Positions 58,559 through 64,000 of a stretch of DNA of 64,000 nt are shown here, piece after piece. A program made the position numbers and the translations under genes. The notes beneath the pieces are model-generated. The model saw nothing but the letters and a program-made list of their open reading frames with translations. It ran no database searches and was not told the origin of the DNA. The DNA is from an uncultured delta proteobacterium (lineage in GTDB: Bacteria > Myxococcota_A > Polyangia > Polyangiales > Polyangiaceae): NCBI GenBank assembly GCA_963710555.1, contig CAVQAT010000008.1, positions 2,664,849 to 2,728,848 of the forward strand. The letters run 5' to 3'. Numbering within the stretch: the stretch's first letter is position 1; the number at the start of each line of letters is the position of its first letter.

Positions 58559-59548
58559 ATGAACGCTTTCCCTTCGTCGGCTCCTCACCGTGTCTGCTCC
58601 ACTCTTGGCCTGGGCTTGGCCATGCTCCTCACCCTTGGAGCTTGTTCAAGCGGGGGAGACGAGATGGACGCGGAGGGCGGTGATGGAGATTCGAGCGGGG
58701 GTCAGGGACTGGGAGGAGCTGACAATGCGAGCGGGGGAGAGTCGGCGAGTGGCGGCGCAGGCAGCGGAGGCGAATCGGCGAGCGGCGGCGCGGGCACAGG
58801 GGGCGGAGACTCACAAGAGGGTCCAGCAATCAAGAGTGCTGGTTGCGGTTCAAGCTCCATTGAGGCGACGGGCACTTGGCTCCCTCAGACGATCTTGGAA
58901 CGCTACTACGAAATTCAGTTGCCAGACGGCTACGATGCCGAGAACGCCTACCCCGTGGTTTATCAATTCCACGGCTGCAATTCGAACGAGAAACGAGAGA
59001 ACAATAACGTGCCCGTCGCGGCTTCGAGTGGAAATTTGGCCATCATCGTCCGCGGGCGGGCCCTGGCGGATTGTTGGAAAGCGGCCGACGATGATGCCTA
59101 CAGCGAAGCGATGATCGAAGATGTCGAGAGTCGCTTTTGTGTGGATACCGCGAGGCGCTTTCTGTCGGGCTACAGTAGCGGCGCCTTCTATTCTCATCAG
59201 CTGACGTGTAGCGAAGAAGATGCCGCGCGTTTTCGTGGCGTTGCGACCATTGCCGGAGGCGGTGGCGGTGGCTGCAAGGGCCAAATCGCCTCGCTGCTTA
59301 TTCATGACCAAAGCGACGACACGGTTTCCTTCAGTTCCGGCGTGACGGCCCGTGATCGCTACGTGACTCAAAACGGCTGTAGCGATGCAGTTGCACCTGC
59401 CGCTACGGATCCCGCACCGTGCGCCGCGTATCAGGACTGCACGGAGGGCTTACCCGTGGTTTGGTGCGCGACCGACGGCGAGAAGCACTCCCGCCAAGAC
59501 GCGCTCTCTGGGCCCGCCTCCTGGGCGTTCTTTGCTTCACTGCTCTGA
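58559..59548 (+). CDS. secreted esterase lipoprotein, paralogue of 45923-47095
   Basis: Lipobox LTLGACSSGG and Gly/Ser linker. GxSxG motif SGYSSGAF. Shares PADYD/YP..Y..HG patterns with the 45923 esterase. Confidence 0.65.
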   Translation: MNAFPSSAPHRVCSTLGLGLAMLLTLGACSSGGDEMDAEGGDGDSSGGQGLGGADNASGGESASGGAGSGGESASGGAGTGGGDSQEGPAIKSAGCGSSSIEATGTWLPQTILERYYEIQLPDGYDAENAYPVVYQFHGCNSNEKRENNNVPVAASSGNLAIIVRGRALADCWKAADDDAYSEAMIEDVESRFCVDTARRFLSGYSSGAFYSHQLTCSEEDAARFRGVATIAGGGGGGCKGQIASLLIHDQSDDTVSFSSGVTARDRYVTQNGCSDAVAPAATDPAPCAAYQDCTEGLPVVWCATDGEKHSRQDALSGPASWAFFASLL

Positions 59549-59604
59549 CGAAAGGAGCGAGCACCTGGAGAGTCACCGCGTGGAGAGCCAGTAATAGGGA
59601 GCGG

Positions 59605-60213
59605 CTAGGGCGGAGATTTGCGCGGTTCATAAGAGCCCAGGGAAGCGAGTAATCGACTCATGCGTTCTGCCGCTGCTGTTGTCCGAAAGCTAATTACCGT
59701 ACGGGGGAGTCGTGCCCTGGCAAAGTAAGCCTGCACTGAGATGCTCGCAAGTTGGGCATCTTCGAGGTGTTCGACGACGCCTAAGCGAAAGCGCTCGGCG
59801 TGCATGTTCTTGCGCACAGCGAATCTTGTGGACCCGTCTGCAGCAGGGCCTCGACGTCCGTATTGAAGTCGCCCCGTTTGAAAGTCAAGGACGACAGCTG
59901 GCAGCATAGCCAGCACCAACGCGCCAAACGTGAGGCTTCCCGAGGTAGCCAAGAGTCCCAGCCCGAGGGCTAGGATCTGCACGGCCTCAGCTCGACTGAG
60001 AAGAAACACAGCGGAACTCACAGCCACCGTGAGGACGCAGACCCAGAACAATCTCACCAGAGGCGCTCGCGCCTGGTGCTTGCGCCCCATTCGAATGCGC
60101 AGCGCATCATCATCGAATTGGACCTCGTCGCTTTCGTGCAACTCGGGCACTAGCTGGCTCAGTTGAACTTTGAACTCGAGATATTGCTCTCTTTGACCCG
60201 AGGTGTTCCTCAC
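59605..60213 (-). CDS. hypothetical membrane protein
   Basis: Two TM helices in the centre. No motif. Confidence 0.4.
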   Translation of the reverse strand: MRNTSGQREQYLEFKVQLSQLVPELHESDEVQFDDDALRIRMGRKHQARAPLVRLFWVCVLTVAVSSAVFLLSRAEAVQILALGLGLLATSGSLTFGALVLAMLPAVVLDFQTGRLQYGRRGPAADGSTRFAVRKNMHAERFRLGVVEHLEDAQLASISVQAYFARARLPRTVISFRTTAAAERMSRLLASLGSYEPRKSPP

Positions 60214-60455
60214 TCGGTGAGCATATCAAGCTAACCCCCGTTCTTCCAAGCGTTTGATAAGCTCAACCTCTGCCATGAAACATTAGTTGAATATGATAGA
60301 GGGGCTATTTATTGCTCGAGGTAGCGCTCACGGCTTGATGTGGAAGCGTTCAAGCGCAGCGGTCGACGATTGCTGCTCTAGCTGTTAGCTTGCCTCCTGG
60401 TACTTGTTGCCAATCGTCGAACATTTACTGAGAAAACTTTCAGTCCGCCCCTTCT

Positions 60456-62534
60456 ATGTATAGAATTTCTCTCTTCTTTTGCATCGTTCTCTTTCAATCA
60501 ATGGCTTTTGCGCAGCCAAGAGAAGAAGGTGCATTTCGGGTCGAAACACGTCAGTTCAATCCGACAAACATCATCAATGACGCTCGGATCGAGCTAGAGC
60601 CCATTGACGGAAAGATTCCGTTTCGATTCGAATGGTCTCACGAGGCGACGCCACTCGACGCCGCGACAGCTAGCGGCCTCTCTGAAGGCCAATCTTATTC
60701 GGTCCGAGTGATCGACGCTGATGGTCGCACAGTATCAGTGAAGGTTGAGGTGCCGGCCAAGTCGATCACTGAGAAGTTCAACAGCTGGGTACAACCGGCA
60801 GTGGACCAAATGGCGAAGATCTTGTTTTGGGATCCTTTTGAAGCGCTCGGCATTTACGACCCGATTGTCTACACAGATAACCAATCAATCCCGATACCGC
60901 ATTGGGATGCAAGGACTGACAAAGAGTTTCGCCTCAAGAACTGGCTTAAGGCCGACGGCGCTAGTGTAAAAAAGGGCGAAGAGCTGGCGATCGTCTCTCG
61001 AGAAGGCGGAGAAGAATTTCCCGTCTACTCTCCTCGTGACGGCACTCTGCAGCACCTTGTTGCACAGGGAAACGTGGTGTTTGATCCACAAGACAAAGAA
61101 GACGTGATTGAGCAAGGTGCGCACCACGTGGCCAAGCTCAGCTTTGCTTCGCCTATCCCTCTGAATCATCCCAACGGGACGCCCCTGAAGAAGAGCATTC
61201 CGTTCATTGTCATCTGGCTGATTGCCGGCAGTGTGTTCTTCACTCTGCGGCTGGGTTTCGTCAACATTCGCGGTTTCAAACACTCGATCGATCTTGCGCG
61301 CGGCAAGTATGACGACCCTCATGCCCCTGGAAAGATTCGGCACTTTGAGGCGATGACCACTGCTGTTTCAGCGACGGTAGGATTGGGGAATATTGCCGGT
61401 GTCGCGGTGGCGATTTCGCTGGGAGGCGCTGGGGCGACATTCTGGATGTTTGTGGCCGGCTTTTTTGCCATGTCACTCAAGTTTGCAGAATGTACTCTGG
61501 GCGTGAAGTACCGCGACATCCATGAGGATGGTCGTATCTTTGGCGGGCCAATGAATTACCTGCGCGACGGCTTGAAAAAGCGTCAGTTAGGAGGCCTAGG
61601 TAAGGTGCTGGCCGTTAGTTTTGCTGTTCTATGTATTGGTGCATCGTTTGGCGGCGGCAATATGTTGCAGTCCAATCAAGCGTTTAAGATTGTCGCCGAA
61701 CAACTTCCCTTTTTGCAGGGGCATGGCGTGTGGTTTGGAGTCGGTTTTGCGCTCCTTGTGGGCATCGTGATTATCGGCGGAATCGATAGTATTGCCACGG
61801 TGACGAGTAAGGTCGTTCCCTTCATGGCCCTGACTTACATTCTGGGCTGTCTCGTGGTCATCGGATCTAACTTACAAAACGTTGGGATGGCCTTTTCGGC
61901 CATAGTCAGTGGAGCTTGGTCCCCTCTGGCGATGAAGGGCGGTTTCTTGGGAGTGCTGATCATTGGTTTGCAGCGGGCGGCTTTCTCGAGTGAATCCGGC
62001 ATTGGCTCCGCCGCGATTGCTCATAGTGCCTCGAAGACCAATCATCCGGTCGCCGACGGATTTACTGCGCTTGTCGAGCCCTTCATCGACACCATGATCG
62101 TTTGCACCATGACGGCGCTGGTGTTGATCTTTACTGGCATGCATGAAGTTGAAGGCATGGCTGGCGTTGATCTTACATCGGATGCCTTTGGTAGCGTCGT
62201 TTCATGGTTTCCCAGCGTGCTGGCTTTGGCTGTTTTCTTGTTCGCTTTTTCTACAATGGTCTCTTGGTCGTATTACGGAATGCGATCGTGGACCTACGTC
62301 TTTGGTGAGAGCAAGAAATCGGAGCTGGTCTACAAGGCGATCTTCCTGATCTTCATCGTGATCGGTGCATCGGTCAGTTTGGGAGCAGTTCTCGACTTCT
62401 CTGACATGATGATTTTGGCCATGGCATTTCCGAACATCATCGGGCTGTACATCCTGTCCGGCGAGGTGCGCAGCGACATGAATGTGTATCTCAAACGCCT
62501 GAAGAATGGGGAGCTGGGGCGGTCGTCATCGTAA
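60456..62534 (+). CDS. alanine/glycine:cation symporter (AGCS family) with an approximately 240-aa N-terminal periplasmic extension
   Basis: From residue ~245, AGCS hallmarks: FIVIWLIAGSVFFTLRLGFVNIRGF, ATVGLGNIAGVA, and 11 TM helices. The N-terminal 240 aa has a signal peptide and a soluble domain not normally present. Confidence 0.85.
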   Translation: MYRISLFFCIVLFQSMAFAQPREEGAFRVETRQFNPTNIINDARIELEPIDGKIPFRFEWSHEATPLDAATASGLSEGQSYSVRVIDADGRTVSVKVEVPAKSITEKFNSWVQPAVDQMAKILFWDPFEALGIYDPIVYTDNQSIPIPHWDARTDKEFRLKNWLKADGASVKKGEELAIVSREGGEEFPVYSPRDGTLQHLVAQGNVVFDPQDKEDVIEQGAHHVAKLSFASPIPLNHPNGTPLKKSIPFIVIWLIAGSVFFTLRLGFVNIRGFKHSIDLARGKYDDPHAPGKIRHFEAMTTAVSATVGLGNIAGVAVAISLGGAGATFWMFVAGFFAMSLKFAECTLGVKYRDIHEDGRIFGGPMNYLRDGLKKRQLGGLGKVLAVSFAVLCIGASFGGGNMLQSNQAFKIVAEQLPFLQGHGVWFGVGFALLVGIVIIGGIDSIATVTSKVVPFMALTYILGCLVVIGSNLQNVGMAFSAIVSGAWSPLAMKGGFLGVLIIGLQRAAFSSESGIGSAAIAHSASKTNHPVADGFTALVEPFIDTMIVCTMTALVLIFTGMHEVEGMAGVDLTSDAFGSVVSWFPSVLALAVFLFAFSTMVSWSYYGMRSWTYVFGESKKSELVYKAIFLIFIVIGASVSLGAVLDFSDMMILAMAFPNIIGLYILSGEVRSDMNVYLKRLKNGELGRSSS

Positions 62535-62704
62535 TCTGCGCGGGTCAGGTCACCTGTCTGAGCCGTCCCTTTCGAAATCGCAACCGCTTAGAATCGGTCA
62601 CTATTCCTATTCAAGTTCGAGTCAGGGGACTGGGGCGCTCAAGCACTATAAGATGAAGCGATGCGACTGTTTGGTTTGACGGCGACTTCCACTTTGCAAC
62701 GATC

Positions 62705-63364
62705 GTGGAAGACGGCGTCACGTACGAAAACTTTGAGCTTGAGGGCACGATCAAGATCGACGCCGACAATGTGACGTTGCGGAACTTCCGGATTGATGGT
62801 GGCCACTACGGGGTCGACGTCGCCGGCGGCCACTCCGGTATCCTCATTGAAGACGGTGAGATCTATGGCATCGCCAGTGCGGGGATCTTGGGAGTGGGTT
62901 TTACGGGGCGACGGCTCTACGTTCACGATAGTGATGGTGATGGCTTGAAGGTCCAGGGGTCGGGCGGACCTACGTTGGTGGAGGCATCGTTCATCGAGAA
63001 GCTTGGTCGAGGCGCCGAAGCTCATGCGGACGGGAATCAAACCCGCGGCGGAGCGAACATCACCTTCCGTTGCAACAACATCTACATGCCGTACCCGGGC
63101 ACGATGGGCTACCCGGGTGATCCCTACAAATCGAACGCGACGTTCATGCTCCAGCTCGACATTGAGAACTTTGTCATCGAAGACAATTGGCTGGTTGGCG
63201 GCAACTACACTATCTACAGTTCGGGTGGGGCAAGCGTGATCAACAACCGGTTCGGGCGAGAAAACGGTGGTTTTCCGGACAAAGTGGGGCCACGAATCAG
63301 GAATGGCTCCTTCGACGAGTGGAGCGGAAATGTCTGGGACGATACTGGGGAGGCTATCCCCTAA
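62705..63364 (+). CDS. right-handed parallel beta-helix (pectate-lyase-like) repeat protein; GTG start
   Basis: Repeated [VI]xNNxF / NxxIxGG rungs (VTLRNFRIDGGHYGVDVAGG ... ITFRCNNIY ... FVIEDNWLVGGNY). Confidence 0.5.
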   Translation: MEDGVTYENFELEGTIKIDADNVTLRNFRIDGGHYGVDVAGGHSGILIEDGEIYGIASAGILGVGFTGRRLYVHDSDGDGLKVQGSGGPTLVEASFIEKLGRGAEAHADGNQTRGGANITFRCNNIYMPYPGTMGYPGDPYKSNATFMLQLDIENFVIEDNWLVGGNYTIYSSGGASVINNRFGRENGGFPDKVGPRIRNGSFDEWSGNVWDDTGEAIP

Positions 63365-64000
63365 ACCTCATTCGCGCTTCGCTGCCTGGCGAACAGAACA
63401 CGAGTCGCAAGCAACAGGAGCAATAGAACTCCCCCAGGCCCTTTTCCGCTGATCGGAACTCCAACGCCGTGTCGACATCCACAGCCCGATTCATCGCCTG
63501 GCTCTCGAGCCTCATCGTTCCCCTCACTGTGGGCCCCCCCTATCTCGCCGACTTCCGGCCTTTCTGTGGCAGTCGGTGGCGCAACCTCACTCCCCCCTTC
63601 CTCAATGCCAGGAACAGGGCCTTCTGGCTTTGCTCCGCCGTCATGCCACTCAAAAGCACCCACGTCGAAACCTGCTCCTTGAGGTCGGGCAATGCGATCG
63701 CGATCGAGTTGCGGTGCTTCTATTTCGCTTCCCGCGTCAACAGCCTCCGCATCGCTCTTGAGATGCAAGTTAAAGGTCTCATGGTCAATGAAGAGAGCTG
63801 CCGGATCTGAAAAAAGAAGATTGTGGTCCTCGGTAGAATCGTCCGCCTCCAGTGTGATGTCCTGGGTGAGATTATTTCGAAGGAGAATGCCAGAACTCAC
63901 GCTGCCGTCTTTGTGGGCCGAGACGTTGATCCACGGTGGGCCAGGTCCTTCGCCTAGCGCATTGTCCAGCACCGTGTTGTTCACGATTCGCATATTGCGT
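63361..64000 (-). CDS. C-terminal part of a secreted beta-helix protein ending in a MYXO-CTERM sorting signal; the gene continues beyond the window end
   Basis: Frame is open past nt 64000. C-terminus GCGCRHGVGVPISGKGPGGVLLLLLLATRVLFARQRSANEV (Cys-Gly-Cys, poly-Leu TM, Arg). Confidence 0.6.
   Translation of the reverse strand, partial: RNMRIVNNTVLDNALGEGPGPPWINVSAHKDGSVSSGILLRNNLTQDITLEADDSTEDHNLLFSDPAALFIDHETFNLHLKSDAEAVDAGSEIEAPQLDRDRIARPQGAGFDVGAFEWHDGGAKPEGPVPGIEEGGSEVAPPTATERPEVGEIGGAHSEGNDEAREPGDESGCGCRHGVGVPISGKGPGGVLLLLLLATRVLFARQRSANEV

Noticed and set aside
60214-60455. Glycine riboswitch upstream of the AGCS (alanine/glycine symporter) gene
   Set aside because: I looked for the tandem-aptamer consensus (GGAGAG … ACCGAAGG … ) because glycine riboswitches commonly precede AGCS genes. 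I did not find it, and only ordinary promoter-like sequence is present.
1-64000. CRISPR arrays, IS elements/transposases, integrases, rRNA
   Set aside because: No regularly spaced direct repeats, no DDE transposase or tyrosine/serine recombinase motifs, and no rRNA-like conserved stretches were seen on either strand.

Overview
The window is a high-GC (about 58-60%) bacterial chromosomal segment with strong Myxococcota signatures. Two secreted proteins end in MYXO-CTERM sorting signals, and one protein combines myxobacterial cysteine-rich repeats with a fibro-slime domain. There are many lipoproteins with Gly/Ser/Thr-rich linkers, a eukaryote-like Ser/Thr kinase and a bacterial C-type lectin. 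Coding density is high, with about 55 genes. Recognisable units are a HlyD-FtsX-ABC tripartite efflux operon, an assimilatory nitrate/nitrite reductase operon (nasA, unknown ORF, nirB, nirD), a hybrid sensor kinase, a K+ channel with an RCK domain, a scattered set of plant-polysaccharide-active enzymes (GH10 xylanase with CBM13, pectinesterase, two PHB-depolymerase-type esterases, beta-helix proteins, an AlgI/AlgJ-like O-acyltransferase pair), an alpha carbonic anhydrase, TerB-domain proteins and an AGCS alanine/glycine:cation symporter with an unusual N-terminal extension. The most unusual element is a tRNA-like locus at 30888-30959. A perfectly canonical tRNA 3' half (anticodon-stem 3' strand, variable loop, T-arm, acceptor 3' strand, discriminator) lies 6 nt upstream of the matching 5' half (acceptor 5' strand, U8-A9, D-arm, anticodon-stem 5' strand). 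This is the gene order of a circularly permuted tRNA, not a linear one. Three genes appear disrupted: ltaE by an in-frame amber codon, a PqqC/TenA-like gene by a frameshift, and the GH10 xylanase by a frameshift in an A5 run. No CRISPR array, transposase, integrase or rRNA was seen.
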